Assembly (NCBI GenBank): GCA_030141605.1
Contig: JAQGDQ010000400.1
Coordinates: 1-64,000 of the forward strand
Direction of reading: 5' to 3'
DNA from: Tubiluchus corallicola
Lineage: Eukaryota; Animalia; Priapulida
Length of the DNA stretch: 64,000 bases
Shown here: in pieces, positions 1 to 14,159 of the stretch
Position numbering within the stretch: position 1 is the first letter of the stretch
How the letters are laid out: each line of letters opens with the position of its first letter
Notes under the pieces: generated by a model
What the model saw: the letters and a program-made list of their open reading frames with translations, nothing else
Databases searched by the model: none
What the model was told of the DNA's origin: nothing
Position numbers and translations under genes: made by a program

Positions 1-2428
1 TGTATATATAGTTCTACAGCAAGAAATGGCATAAACTAAATAGAAGATTTTGCAAAACTACATTTAGAAAGATTTACCTTTACATAGATTTATTTATCTA
101 TTTAAATAAGTAATTATCCTATTTCTAATATATTAACACTGTCAGGAACTGGTGCTGCAGTTAGTAATGACGACCGCTCGCATAGAAATTTAGTTAGTCA
201 ACGACGTCACAATATGATCAGTCAACTTGCAAAAAACTGGATTATCTTAGAGATCGTTGGACTTGTTTGCCAATGTCATAAGTTCAAATCAAAGTTCAAG
301 TTTCAACTCATAAATTTATAGCGCATAAATTTTCTATTCTCGGATTCTGTGTGGGCGATTACGCATTCTTCAAATCAGTAATCTCTAAAAAGATTAATTC
401 GGATTATAAACAGTTATGGTGTATTTAGTAACTTCTGTCCGAAGACAAGTTAACGAAATTCAACTTAGAAAGTTACCAAGAAGCAAAAACGTTTGAGCCT
501 GTCGTCGTTTTAATACTGGCATGCTATTGTTACTTCTCATTGTGCGAATACCCGAATATTTGCATTCACTCATAACAAACACGTATAACAACGTTACGAA
601 AATGAATGCCAACTGTTTTTACATGCATCCGGCTCATGATGTCATAAATTCTTCGCCCAATTTGCAAGTTTTTGCGTATGTTTAGTTTTTGTCTCAATGT
701 CACCAGTAATTATCAACTGATGAACAAGGAATGCACAGCGTACATTGTACAATGTTGTAGTCCACAGATTTAAATACGTGCATCTCCCCTTTCTGTGTTT
801 GTAAGTCATTAAGGCAGGTAAGTGAAATAAACTACGCATTACCAAACGCCTGTGGCGCAAGCTGCCGACGCCAAATGCTCACTGCTCAACCCTAGATGGA
901 ATTAAACGCGATTCTGTGAACATTATTATACGCTTAAGTTGACCCTAAGGTTTCTTGTAAGTGACAGAATTTACTACCTTCGTAATACAATGTAGAGGAG
1001 TAAAGACATTACCTGACACACATTTACTACTGATTATAAAAACAGCATCATCACCACCACCACTACCAACAACAACAATCAGCAATTTCGGCGCAATCAT
1101 GATCATGCAAAAATGATCGTTACAGACTACAAGGTGTACACTCGATTACCTATTTATGAATGCATGTAAGTGTGTTTTTGCAGCTCGTTTTTATTTTGTC
1201 ACAAAAATCTCTCCACCATCATTTGCCAAAGCAACACCCCAGAGAACTTAAAGCAAGTTTGTTTTTTGCGCAGATAAAAACCTCGTAGAGATTAGCTTAA
1301 GCATTTTTTTAGTTCAAGGTATTTCTTGGTACTAATACGCTACCATAAAAATCTGGTTTTTAAAGGTTGGTGCTGTCTGACTGCAGCTTTTATAATCAGT
1401 AGTAAATGTGTGTCAGGTAATGTCTTTACTCTTCTACATTGTATTACGAAGGTAGTAAATTCTGTCACTTACAAGAAACCTTAGGGTCAACTTAAGCGTA
1501 TAATAATGTTCACAGAATCGCGTTTAATTCCATCTAGGGTTGAGCAGTGAGTATTTGGCGTCGGCAGGTTGCGCCACAGGCGTTTGGTAATGCGTAGTTT
1601 ATTTCACTTACCTACCTTAATGACTTACAAACACAGAAAGGGGAGATGCACGTATTTAAATCTGTGGACTACAACATTGTACAATGTACGCTGTGCATTC
1701 CTTGTTCATCAGTTGATAATTACTGGTGACATTGAGACAAAAACTAAACATACGCAAAAACTTGCAAATTGGGCGAAGAATTTATGACATCATGAGCCGG
1801 ATGCATGTAAAAACAGTTGGCATTCATTTTCGTAACGTTGTTATACGTGTTTGTTATGAGTGAATACAAATATTCGGGTATTCGCACAATGAGAAGTAAC
1901 AATAGCATGCCAGTATTAAAACGACGACAGGCTCAAACGTTTTTGCTTCTTGGTAACTTTCTAAGTTGAATTTCGTTAACTTGTCTTCGGACAGAAGTTA
2001 CTAAATACACCATAACTGTTTATAATCCGAATTAATCTTTTTAGAGATTACTGATTTGAAGAATGCGTAATCGCCCACACAGAATCCGAGAATAGAAAAT
2101 TTATGCGCTATAAATTTATGAGTTGAAACTTGAACTTTGATTTGAACTTATGACATTGGCAAACAAGTCCAACGATCTCTAAGATAATCCAGTTTTTTGT
2201 AAGTTGACTGATCATATTGTGACGTCGTTGACTAACTAAATTTCTATGCGAGCGGTCGTCATTACTAACTGCAGCACCAGTTCCTGACAGTGTTAATATA
2301 TTAGAAATAGGATAATTACTTATTTAAATAGATAAATAAATCTATGTAAAGGTAAATCTTTCTAAATGTAGTTTTGCAAAATCTTCTATTTAGTTTATGC
2401 CATTTCTTGCTGTAGAACTATATATACA
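1..2428. repeat. Long near-perfect inverted repeat: arms 1-1041 and 1388-2428, 346-bp spacer; left arm may extend past the window start
   Basis: Position i pairs with 2429-i throughout (1-28 with 2428-2401; 1021-1041 with 1408-1388). Mirror ORFs 642..860(-) and 1569..1787(+) differ by one residue. At least six mismatches seen by eye. Confidence 0.97.
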
Positions 2429-2622
2429 GTCAAAATTACAAGACCTGTGAGGTTCGTCTTAAATATCTTTGGTCCAAAGTAGGCTGAATTTATATTGTTT
2501 TGTATATCCTTTTTTGTTTGAAGCAGTATATATATATTTCTTGCTGTAGATCTATACATACATATATATATACAGTCAGAATTACAAGACCTGTGATGTT
2601 CGTCTGGTCCAAACTAGGCCGA
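2402..2622 (+). repeat. Imperfect local direct duplication (~85 bp) overlapping the outer end of the right palindrome arm
   Basis: atttcttgctgtaga..tatatacagtca.aattacaagacctgtga.gttcgtct..ggtccaaa.taggc occurs at ~2402-2486 and ~2536-2622. Confidence 0.85.
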
Positions 2623-5600
2623 GTTCGCTTATCTGAGGCTGAGAACGTATTTTTGCATATGCTTTATTTGTTTGAACCATTAGTCTCTTTTTTACTACTA
2701 CGTTACTTAACTCGTTTCAAGATGATACATGTGCAGAAAAAAAACTTCGCCTCCCGAATACTGTGACACTTTTCAAAGCGTTAATTCTTTTCCAGAGTCT
2801 TTCTGCCCGGCTAGGCCCGTCATTTTGAATGATACTCACATCGGGGAAAATCCTCTTCCTGACAACTGGTCATTTTCCCGCCAGGTTTCCTAATCGTGTG
2901 AAAGCGCGTGTTGTTATCCCAGAAGAATAAACACGTTTGTCAGTGAAAGCGCGTAATACCCGGAAAAATTCCACCGTTCTGCTCCCAAAATGTAAATTTG
3001 TTTCTAGTTTTTCTTGTGTAATGTGTGTACAGGCTTTTGTGCACCGTGGTGGAATGTTTATTCTGAAAATAGGTTGCGTGTTTTCTCTCACATACCCTGA
3101 TCTCGACCATGTTTGCACAATATTTGTAGCTCATGTACGACGATTTGGAGTTTTTAATGTGTTTTGTACCGTAAGTTAGTGAGTTCGTTCAGTGACGTAC
3201 TGACTAATTTAGTAAGGCTAAGGAAACAGTTGCGAATTTGCTTCATTCATGTTATTTAATGTGACTTGAACGATTGCAGAATTTCGTTAGTCGCAATTTA
3301 TAGTTAAAAGACGCTTGGAATATGAACAGACCATAGAACATTTGTTCTCTCCAATTAGTTTAACATCAGAAATTTAAAATATTAAGTAATTATAGTCATG
3401 GAGCAGGGCAGGGAAGGACCATAGGGTCATATAGTCTCCTGCCCTTTCTTATAAATAGATTAGTCTATTAAAAAGTAACGGTGATGCTGCAGATAGACAT
3501 ATAGACATAACATAATCCTAACATAATAACAAAAGCAAAAATATAAAAACAAACATAACAACAATAGCATAAGTGAAAAAAAATAAATGAAGATGATGAA
3601 TAAGTATCACAATAATTAGTTACGAATTAAATAAAATGATAATAATGTACAGTTGTTTACAAAATTCTCGGCAAGGGAAAATAATGTGAATATGATTATG
3701 TAACAGAAAAACATAAACGTAAAAGCGAAGCAAATTGTATGTTTAATTTAATGCGCGACTCGTTGAACAAACTTTCGTTTTTTTGCGTCTTAGCATAAAG
3801 TGCAAAATTACTTACCGACTTTTTAAAAATGTTATCAAAACTCACAACACACTTTAGTTTTTACATTATTTTGCTTAGTTTCATTAGTCTACTCTAGACG
3901 CTCTGGCAATATTACAAATATATATACATATATACGTACCATGGCATGGAGTGGGGCACCCCGGGTCTAATAATCTCCCAAGAATCATTTTAATATGTCG
4001 GATATGGCGTATGTATGTCATATATGTATGCTGTACTAAAGGAAATTTTGCTTTAAAAACTACGTTTTAACGTGTATTTTTCATAATACTTTTTATCCCG
4101 TTTGCGATGGGCAGTTTAGGTACCTTTCATGCGCATTTAGGCTGGTAATTACTCTACGAATCTGTAATTCTAAACGTCTTAGTTGCACAGTAATTTTCTA
4201 GTTTATAGTGCCTGTAGGATACGTATAAATCTCAATGGGTCAATCTCGTGCTGACTTAAGTAACCATTATCCTGCTGATCGTGGGAATTGCTCTTTGTTT
4301 ATTAAACCCATCTTACGGTAAGCCAACAAGCTAGATTTACTTGTATCACAGGTGCATTACAAAGCATGGAGAGTTATTATGGCTTGTATGCGATATAAAC
4401 TGAACTGGAGGCTACTTACCTGTTGCCTTGAAATCTTCCTTCTGCTTTGGTTTTGAATCAGCAAAGATTTTCGACTGCTTTCTTTCTTGCGAGTGTCGTG
4501 CAGCTGGTTGAAAGCTTGAATTTATTTTGTGCTTTACTATAATGTTGCTAAGTTGTCTTATCAGTATATTGAGAATTATATTATTGTCCAAGTCAGTAGA
4601 TTTGTTCTTAATCGATAAGCCTAGAAATAATGAAGTTGAACTCAAATCAAAATGTATTTAACTCCTGTTGTTGATTAATAGCATTATTAACCCAAAGTGT
4701 GTTTATCATTTCATAACAATTTTGATCTGTATTTCACATAAAATCTAAATGCAATTTTTAGTTTAATCAAGATTGACCTTATTTTGTTGCCGCTAATTAA
4801 ATTACATGTATATTCTTTTCGCTGGATTATATAGAAAATGTCATAATTTTAAAAATCATTAATGTTTCCTAAATTAAACTGATAACATTAATGCCCACCA
4901 ACGTCTAAAAAATCTTTTTATCTATATTCGGTAAAGGATAGCAGACTAGGTGACTTTATAGTCTTTTCGCTATCCTTTCTCTACTTCTAGATCTATCTAT
5001 ACATTGTAACCATTTTCAGAACTTATTAGAGATTCTTTTATTAATCATGTTTTATTGTAACACTATAAAGAAATAAATAAATTGAAATTGAAATTAAGCG
5101 GCCATTAGAAGTATTGACAACATCCAGAAAAGTATTATTTTCGTGAGTTTCGCTTGCGCAGTTGTCTGGACTTTGATTGGACATTTCATATGATTCTGGT
5201 TGTTTGTTGGCTTGTTTATTTGTAGTAGTTGTTTGTTTTTCAAATGTAGTTTAGTAGATGAATTTCAAGGAATATTGTAGAGTAACTGAAAAAGATGCCA
5301 GATCTCAATTATGATGCGTTTGGATTTGGGAATTATCAGAGAAAATCCATATTGTTGTTGAAACAGCAGTTTCTTCTATTTACAGGTCGAGTGAATAGTT
5401 TTTGCACTATAAAAATCCTAGCAATGTTAATTTTCTCAGTGTGAACACGGCTTTATCATTACTGCAGTATTAGTGATTTTGCATTACGGGAGAACAACTG
5501 TAACAACGTCTAAGCGAACGCAGTGCAGGCAAGTTCGGCAACAGGTTGTTTTAGTTACTCGGTTATCTAATAGGTGGCAGCTCGATGCAGGCAATTACAT

Positions 5601-7165
5601 ATTTACAGTACTTGCATTGGGCATCACAGCGCGAATTTATTGTTATTTCGACTGAAATAAAAAGGTAAGTAGTACTTGTAGTATCGCTTTGCGCTAATTA
5701 AATTAAATGAATTCAAATTACTTCCACCGGGAAATTTTTAGTGAGTTTTATCGTGAATTTTTAAGTACGTATTTTTTTATATATTTCCGTGCGCTGAAAC
5801 CTGGGAGTTGCTTGTGGCAGAATCGAATTCTATCTGTGGCATTGATGGATTTTTTTCTGTCAGTGAGAGAAATAGTCCGAGGTCACGTCGAAGAAATCAC
5901 CCAAAAGCAGTTTTTCTGACGGTCATGTATTTGCTAACTAGGACTATCGTTGCTGTAATTTCTGCACTGGATACATATAGTAACCACAAAGTTGTTCTTG
6001 AAAACTCTTCTCGCGCAAGATAAGATTTTGCGCAATTTTTTTTATAAGTTGTATTTTGCAAATGGCAGCACAAGTTGATTCAATACGAGTTGCAAGCGAA
6101 CACTGATCAACAACGTCGACAGCATTGATGGCGTCAGTTACGCAACGCAAAATTAGGAAACGCTTCTGTATAACAGTATTTACTACCCTGGTGATGGGAA
6201 AAGGTGCTTGGCTTCGGGCAAATTGTTTTCTTTTTAGTTGAACCTCCCTTCCTTTCTTTTTCTTGGTGGTTTAAACTAAGGCAGATGCACGTTAGGGAGT
6301 GACAATGAATGAACATTTACTGTTTTATTATTGTGGGCGGCTTTCGAGTGTTATTGCCAATCACCTGGCAGGTGGTAGAGTAAAAAATTAAGACTTTGAT
6401 ATTGATTGAGATTTGACAATATTTGTTTTTACTGCGTAGTTCAGCTGTCTAGAAACCAAGAACGTGTGACGTGTGAGGTGTGATGTGTGGGGTAAGAGTA
6501 TATGCCCATATATCCGGAGTGTGTGCTCCTAGCCACCCGGTATGCACCCCATTCATTATGGACCAGACTGCGTGAAATGTGCAGAAGCTCCTTAAGCAAA
6601 AGTCGGTAATAAGATTTCCCATATTGCCTTATAAAATGCACTTTCTGGTATTGCCCAATCCGAATTTGAAATCCTGCAATCTCGAAAAAATTCTTTTCCG
6701 GGATCCGGAATTAAGTTTGGTGATGATTCCGAAATTGAGAAACGTATTGCTTTGCTGAGGCACTAAAAAAACTTACAATTTCAGAGTGCCGATATTGAAA
6801 ATGATCAACAAAATTTCTAAAGAGTTTCTTGTGTTAAACGAAGAATTTTTGCTTTTGGTGCGTTTTCCAGAAGGTGTCTCCCAGAAAAATTCTTTCACAG
6901 AAAAATATTTCTCTGAAAATGTATGTTCCCAGAAAAAAAATTGGCAGAAATATTTTTCTCGTAAAATATTTTTCCTAGAAAACTCGTTTCACAGAAAAAG
7001 CATTTCCCAGACAGATTTTTTAACAAAAAAAAAATCACGGTAACTTTTCTTATTGCTAAACCTGCTGTTTTCGTAGGACGGAGCTTTCGATATCTCTTTT
7101 TCTCTTTGCTTCTCCCTCGTTTCTTCCCTCCCTTCCTACCCTCTCATCCTTTCCTCTCTTCCCCC

Positions 7166-7169
<4 letters not shown>

Positions 7170-7218
<49 letters not shown>
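7170..7218. repeat. (CT)n microsatellite
   Basis: Pure TC run; source of the ER/SL ORFs at 7056-7312. Confidence 0.95.
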
Positions 7219-7221
<3 letters not shown>

Positions 7222-8006
7222 TCTTGATCACCGTTTGAAAACAAAAGGTAAAAGGAACGTCAATGACGTCAGTTTTTTAACATTGTTTTTGTGGTGGTTT
7301 TGCAAAACATGATCGTTGAATTGGAATATATATATATATATATGTATATGTATATTGAACCTGAGGATGATTCACTCGCAATTTTAAGATGGAAACAGTT
7401 TGACGATAAAATTCTGTAATGTGTGATTTTTAAACGAACAGCAAAGAGCATGTCTGTGGCGCACGGTGTGTATAGCGTCTAAGGCAAAATTGCATAAAGC
7501 TTTTAGGAGATTCTATAGAACTTACAGAAAAAAGACCCGAGGCAAGGGTCAAGGCAACGGATTTTTTTCCTTTTCAATGCTTCCTGGTCAAAAACGTGGA
7601 TTAAGTCTTTACACAGGTGTTATTTGTGCAGGTATAGACTAGGTATTATAATAGTTTAGTTAATTTTCAGTGAACAGTTTTGGTCCAAGTGGAACACAAG
7701 ACTTAGATAACCTTGTAAGTCTGAGCACCTGCCGTTGGACACGAATTTCACGTTTCAAAGTTTGTGCTCATATATAATGTTACATATAATGTTAGTCCTT
7801 ATATAATGTTATTCCGTAAAGGCGAAGTCTTAAATTGTAGCTTCATCTTTTTTAGTAAAGCAGAAGTAATAGTTATCAGCTAAAGTAAATATGGAAAGTA
7901 CGTGTAAGTTAATTATAAGATGATTTATTCCATAGTCCGTTGTCCTTGCTTGTTTATACAGATGCAGGTTCCGTTATAACCAGTAAATGTCAATAAATGT
8001 TCGTAT

Positions 8007-8172
8007 GTGAGTGTGTGTGTCTGTGCGTGCGTGCGTGTATTGTATTGTATTGTATTTTGTTTTGTTGTGTTGCGTTGCATTGTGTTGCGTCGCATTGTAT
8101 TGCATTGCAATGTACTTACTGTACTGTATTGTATTGTGTTGTGTTGTATTGTATTGTATTGCAATGTATTGT
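8007..8172. repeat. Compound (GT)n/(GCGT)n/(TATTG)n simple repeat
   Basis: Direct reading; explains four overlapping low-complexity ORFs. Confidence 0.92.
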
Positions 8173-11100
8173 ATGTGAAAATGCATGAATGAATAAATAA
8201 TTAGACTAAAATTCGTGCTTGAAGAAAGGAAAATGACTTAGTCTTGCCGATCTTATAATTATAAACGTTTAGTTTCAAATATAAAATTTTTGCCCCCCAA
8301 AACTACTTAATTATCCGCAGCCAATTTTGACGGCCATATTGGTCATCGAGCTTGGAGGCCGCCATACTTGTATGGACACGAATTACGAGAAGAAACTGAT
8401 GATTTAAGCTTCAGAAAACAGATACTGTATTTGACTTTCTAAAAATTCTATTATTGATAAGTATAGAAATGATAAAAGTTGTGTTGCAGGGATACGTAAA
8501 TATTTATTTTTTTGTTTATTTAACCATTAAGAAAAGAAATTACAGCAGGTAAAGAAAAAAACGACTTAACATTATACATCTAAACAAACAAACCACATAT
8601 AAGTGGTATAATGGTTCAAGTACAAAAACGCATACAACAGAGCAACATATATATATATTATAAACTTAATATTACATATGTGTTACAGTTAGTCAGTTAA
8701 TCAAGCTTGCACTGAGTTACCTCAGTCGGGCCTGTCTTCAAATATTTTGTTGATCAATTTAGCATTGATTTTAATAACTTCTACATCTTGTGATGCATTT
8801 AAAAACACGAACTGCTTATTAGGAGACATATAATGAAGACGTTAATGCAAATAAGTGCAAATTGGCATTCAAATAAGTGTAAGTAAGTGAAAAAACCTAA
8901 ACTGTGATATACAATAGTTGTCTGGATACGTTTATATATATGCATTTCTACCTAGTAGTACAGTCGTTTAGCTGGTTTACTCACACGTACTGAAAAAACA
9001 ACAACTTTTTGCTAATATCCTTTTTGGTCTTATCTATTGTGTGGAGTAAGCTATACTGAAAACAGATTAAAACCGGTTCTGTGGGTTAAATTCAAGCAAT
9101 TTTGAACAACGGCTGCAGGTAAATAGCTTAAAGTCTAATCTCATTAAACTTGAATGCTCTCCGCAATTTAATTGTAAGATTTGCTCCTATTAACCAACTT
9201 CAGCTGTGAAAGAGTACAATCATGTCGTCATTAATCATACAGTTTATAGTATGAAATGTTCCGGTTTGTGTGGTCCGCGAATGGCTGAATTTCAATTAAA
9301 TTTGTGTCAGTAAGGTTGGAATGTTGTTTATGCCAGTCCATAAATAAAATGACATCACTTAGGCCAGTCGGCTAGTATAAAAATCTGGGTTAATAAAGTT
9401 GCACATCCATATATGGCATTAGTAGTGACATTTTGGCAAAAGTTTAAGGAAGCGATCATGACTATACTTATTCATGTTATGTATTTTCATTTATATGGAT
9501 TATAGACGACGTGTGTTTGACATTTCGTGGTTAGTTGACCCTTCGTTGCTCACTGTCTTTCAGATGACCGGTCGGGGGTCTGCTGGGAGATTGGTCAGTT
9601 GGATGGTCACTTGATTCCCTTATGTATGATTGGTTATGTGTTGACTGGCTAGCTGGTTTGGTTGACTGATCTGGTAGTTGATTAGCCGGCTGTTTGGTTG
9701 GTTACTTGATTCTTACTTGTTGGCTTTTCTGTTGGCCCAAGATGATGTCGTTAGTTGGTCACTTAGTCGCTAGTCGACTGGTTGCTCACGAAGTGTTACA
9801 TTACCTTCCCGTGCGTCTGTGCTGCGTATAAGATAACGCGAATTTTTATTTTATACTTGTATAGACACTACATAGCCAGTCATTTACTCTTAATGCTTCC
9901 ACTTTTCGTACTTAAAAATTTACAATGGAATATTTTTTACACTGTCAACTTTTTTGTTCGAACTAGGTTAAAATGCGGTATTCGACGTTGCAGCGTGTGT
10001 ATAATACTAAATAATATTATACGATGTATGCTTGATTCTAAATTGCCATTGACGTAAAAAATTGTTAGCATTTTTGTTGGAACCATCGCGGCTACATTGC
10101 CTTGGGTGTGATCGTGACACCCTTGCAGTCTATTCGGTAAAATATGAATCAAACGGCAGGAATTTTTTCCGCATGTTTATCTCCCGTATCTAAAGCTTTG
10201 CGTCTCTACGCCACCTACATTGCGCAAGTCCACGGGAATGGCATTGAAAATGACAAAATACTGTATTTGATGAGCAACTTGAGCAGCGGTAGCTGTAATT
10301 TTGGGTCGCCGCTGTTGCTATGGTTACCAACTTTAACAGTTGAAAACTCATTTACTTTGCAACAATGGCGTCTAATTTTTTTATTCTTTAAATATTTTGC
10401 ACTCCTGCGCCTGCTCCGGTTCAGAATGCTCGGAATGCCATTCCGCCCGTTTGCAAAACGGTAGCCTGGCTGTATTTTTCCACCCGTAAATTCTTTAATG
10501 AATTTAAATTGAAATCAAGAACTATTAAGTTTCGGTAACACGTGCAGTGCATAGTCTGGAAATAGCGGAGTAGTATAATCAGTTTTTTTAATGAAATCTT
10601 GTTAATGACTGAAGGAATGTCTGAAGGAAACCTGCCGTGGGAAACGACAAACTGTCGCTGTTGCAAAGAAAACTTAGCTTCTTTGAAACGTGTCAAAAAT
10701 TTCTCCATCAAGTCTATGTCAGTTGAACCGATGTGATGACTGGGATGATTTAACAACATGCCTGTCTCCATTTGTGTCCATAACATGTGGTTGAAGAAGT
10801 GTGAAGTCGTTAAAACCTGATTTGAAATCCATGTGGTCTTTCCTCTTTCAACTGTGAAAAACGAGTCCGATCAGCAGGCGCCTCTTAGTGAGTAAATCGA
10901 TTCCCATAGCAAAATCAAGAGCAGATTCAACACATTTATTAAGTATTGCTGTTGAAAAAAACAAAAAGCTAATTATTTATTTGTGTCATAGCCTGTGCCT
11001 GTTCAACTAATCTCTAGGAAGAACTCTTTTATGTTCCGTGGAAGGAGAAGTATGTTGTTTAGTCGGTCATCTTTTTTTGAGCATGTGCAATTTTGGTGAC

Positions 11101-11618
11101 AATCCGGTCACTAGCCCGCCTTCCCCTTATCTTTCGTGACCTTTGACCTGTCAATACATTTCATGACCCACGAGTCCAGCTAGCTCTAACTGATCAGTTG
11201 CCCACAGACTCATCTCTATGTCTGCTTTGCATAACGTTGTTAACTGTTGTTTGTGTTTGCTTCAGCGGTGTGAATTTCATAACAAATCTTGATGTCAAAA
11301 ATATGGAAATGACTACACGGTTAGCCTGTTGCTTAGAATATAGATGCTTATTTAACCCACTTTCAATTTTCTTTTAAACTCTGCTAAAAAGTGAAGTTAT
11401 TCAAGTTACGAAAATTACTTTTTTGGTGTTAATTATAGGTTTGTTAGGCGATATCTTTCTTTTTTCGCCGGTCACTAGTTCACAGAAATTTATACTAAAG
11501 CGTAATGTAGGTCAGTATGTATAGTAATAAGGTTTTGTTGTTCTTATATAGTAATATACGATTATTAATGCATAAGAAACCTAACCTGTTATATGAATGA
11601 TAATGAGACGATGGATCT

Positions 11619-11817
11619 TGCTGATGCTGCTGACTATGGCAACTACGAGGACGATAGCGATGGTGACGACGACGATGATGATGATGATGACGGAGACATT
11701 TTTTGTATTGGTTACCCGTTTAGATGATCATGCTGATGCTGCCGACTATGGCGACAGCGATGGTGACGACGATGCTGATGATGACGGAGACGTTTTTGTT
11801 TTGGTTACCCGTTTAGC
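11619..11817 (+). repeat. Two-copy ~90-110 bp tandem duplication built on GAT/GAC triplets
   Basis: tgctgatgctgc.gactatggc...gcgatggtgacgacga...gatgacggagac.ttttt.t.ttggttacccgtttag occurs twice. Confidence 0.85.
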
Positions 11818-12132
11818 GATACCCATTTACCTTAAATGGTGTTTGGAAACACGTTTATTGTCGACTGGTCAGATTATTGCAAATGAGATGCCTTTGCTGG
11901 GGGTTTAACAACAACTCCACTCCAGCGAGTGGGACGTCACGGACAATGAAACGCCGCATCAAGCAAGAAGGATTGGTACACTGCACACGAGGAATGTAAA
12001 CTATGTTCTTTCTCAATCGGCAGTCTTTAGTGATGATCAGCTTGCCAGTTTAGACTTGCAATTGAACGAGTAAACGGCCATTTGGTTTAGCTAAATTATT
12101 TATTTAATTGCGTGGTGACATAAAAATTGGAA

Positions 12133-12243
12133 ATGGATAGGAAAAGCTCCTCGGACAGATTCGGTCGACTTATGGGCATCACTGGACAAAAACTGGTGTA
12201 CAGAGTTCCGTGGAAGAGAAATATTTTAAACAACAAAATTCTA
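12133..12243 (+). CDS. Candidate first coding exon of the PH-domain gene (MDRKSSSDRFGRLMGITGQKLVYRVPWKRNILNNKIL)
   Basis: ATG in gaaATGG context, 37 open codons ending at CTA|GTAAGT (phase 0), compatible with the phase-0 acceptor at 27698. No homology recognised. Confidence 0.4.
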
Positions 12244-14159
12244 GTAAGTCTTCTATTCCCTTATATATAACTATAATGATAATCGTAGTACTTCTGTGAA
12301 TTTTCGCTTTCTAGGTTTAGAAGGTGGAAGCAATGTTTTTTTCAGGTGCGCATTTCGTGCTACTGTTTCCTCTATGGGTTTGGAAAAGTTTCTGAACAGA
12401 GTTGTGAAAGCTATAAAAATGATTAATTGAATTAATGTAGTGTAAAACTGCTATTGATTAATTTAGTTTTAATGCGTATACGATAATAGGCTTTTTTGCT
12501 GTACAAAATTGACTTATTGTATGTTGTTGAAATTTAGCTTACTTATTGTGTAATGCGATTATATGCTATATAAGCTATCAGTGCTTCTTTTATCCTTCCT
12601 TTGCTGTGTTTACTTATGCATAATGTTTGGTTTGTTAAAAATACATGCTGCAGAATGAATGAACGAAAGAACAAGTGATGGAATGAATTACTTAATGCAA
12701 ATTGAACCGATTCTATTGATATAAACATTATATCAATGTCGTTATTGTTTTACATGTACAATAAATTCGTTGGAAATGTACTTTTAGTTAATAAGTTGAG
12801 TTACAGTCTCTGAGATAACTAGTTTCTTGCTGATCGTACCACATCTGGGCCATCTGGATTAAGGTCTGCAGGACTTATTTGCAAAAACAGACCGTCTCAG
12901 TGCTAGTACGTAATTACTACGTTAATGTGCGTTTATCAACTTTAGACGGCTTATCCTAACACCTGTGCTGAAAAGAAACCTCTTGTGCCTAACAGTAAAA
13001 AGTTTTCACCTTTAAGACAGAGATGGGTCAGATAAATAGTCTGTAAGAGCGAGAACAAGGAACTATTCAATGTTTGCCAAATTTCAAATAGTTTTAGTGT
13101 TTCTACTATGTTTTGGAGTTGCACCATTTGGTCCAAAATGTTCGCTTACTTACAATAGCAATGTATCACAGTATCTGCAGGACTTTCCCATGTGATCACA
13201 GATGCTTTGATGCAAAGCGAAGTCAGATAACAGATGCATTCCGCTGATGTTGTGATTATCTCTAAATGGAAAGTATTCAGAGCTATTGTCAGTGTGGGAA
13301 AATCATTGTAGCCACACAATGGGTGCATCTTGAAAGCGAGAAGGCGAGGTAAAGGGTTAATGCAAGGTTTTGTACGTCAATGATTTGACACGTTTCATTG
13401 TCGCGTGCATTGTTTAATGCATTTCTGCTGTTTGCTGTAGTTCTAACACGTGAAAATCACACGGTTGCTATCGCTACTATCTGACATTGAATAGTGAAAA
13501 AAAGAACTACACCTAATTCCGTTTTTAAGCTTTTTGTCTTTGTTCTACGTGACTTCTGTGAGACGTAACCTTATTTTAAAGTGGAGCAGTTCGGAGGCTT
13601 GGCCTTCAGAAGATTGAAAGTGAAGTTTGCGTAAATTCTGCATTTGACTTGTACGACGAATCGACGATAAACCTATTATTAACAGCTCAAACCTTTCAAA
13701 ATAATTAGAATTCAAAATAAATAATTGAAAATAACTGACTTATGCATTGTTTGCACATTTTATTATCGGGATTATATTCACATTGGCAGATTAGAACAAA
13801 ATGTCACTTTATTTAACTGCATTAGTACTGTCTGACACATAATAATTACACGTGTTTTTTACAGAAACAATTTGATTGAACGAGAATATTTTTTATATTT
13901 CTTTAGTTGGCTATTAGCAGTATTACTTTGTTGATAATGCAAGTGCAGATTTTCATACGTTAGTTAGTAAAAAGATACATCACGATAGAGATTTGCATTT
14001 AGATGATTTTTGCAATTAAATTATATATAGAATGATTAAAGTGACGTAAATTTTGGCTTAACAGCTTTCACGTATTTATGCTGAACTTTTACTAAATTTG
14101 GACTAATGCCTTGTTATTACATAATCGACGGAAATTCACGTGTGTAAATCATACAAGTC

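Noticed and set aside
642-1787. Twin 72-aa ORFs as a duplicated gene
   Set aside because: TTG starts, no recognisable domain; they simply mirror the inverted repeat.
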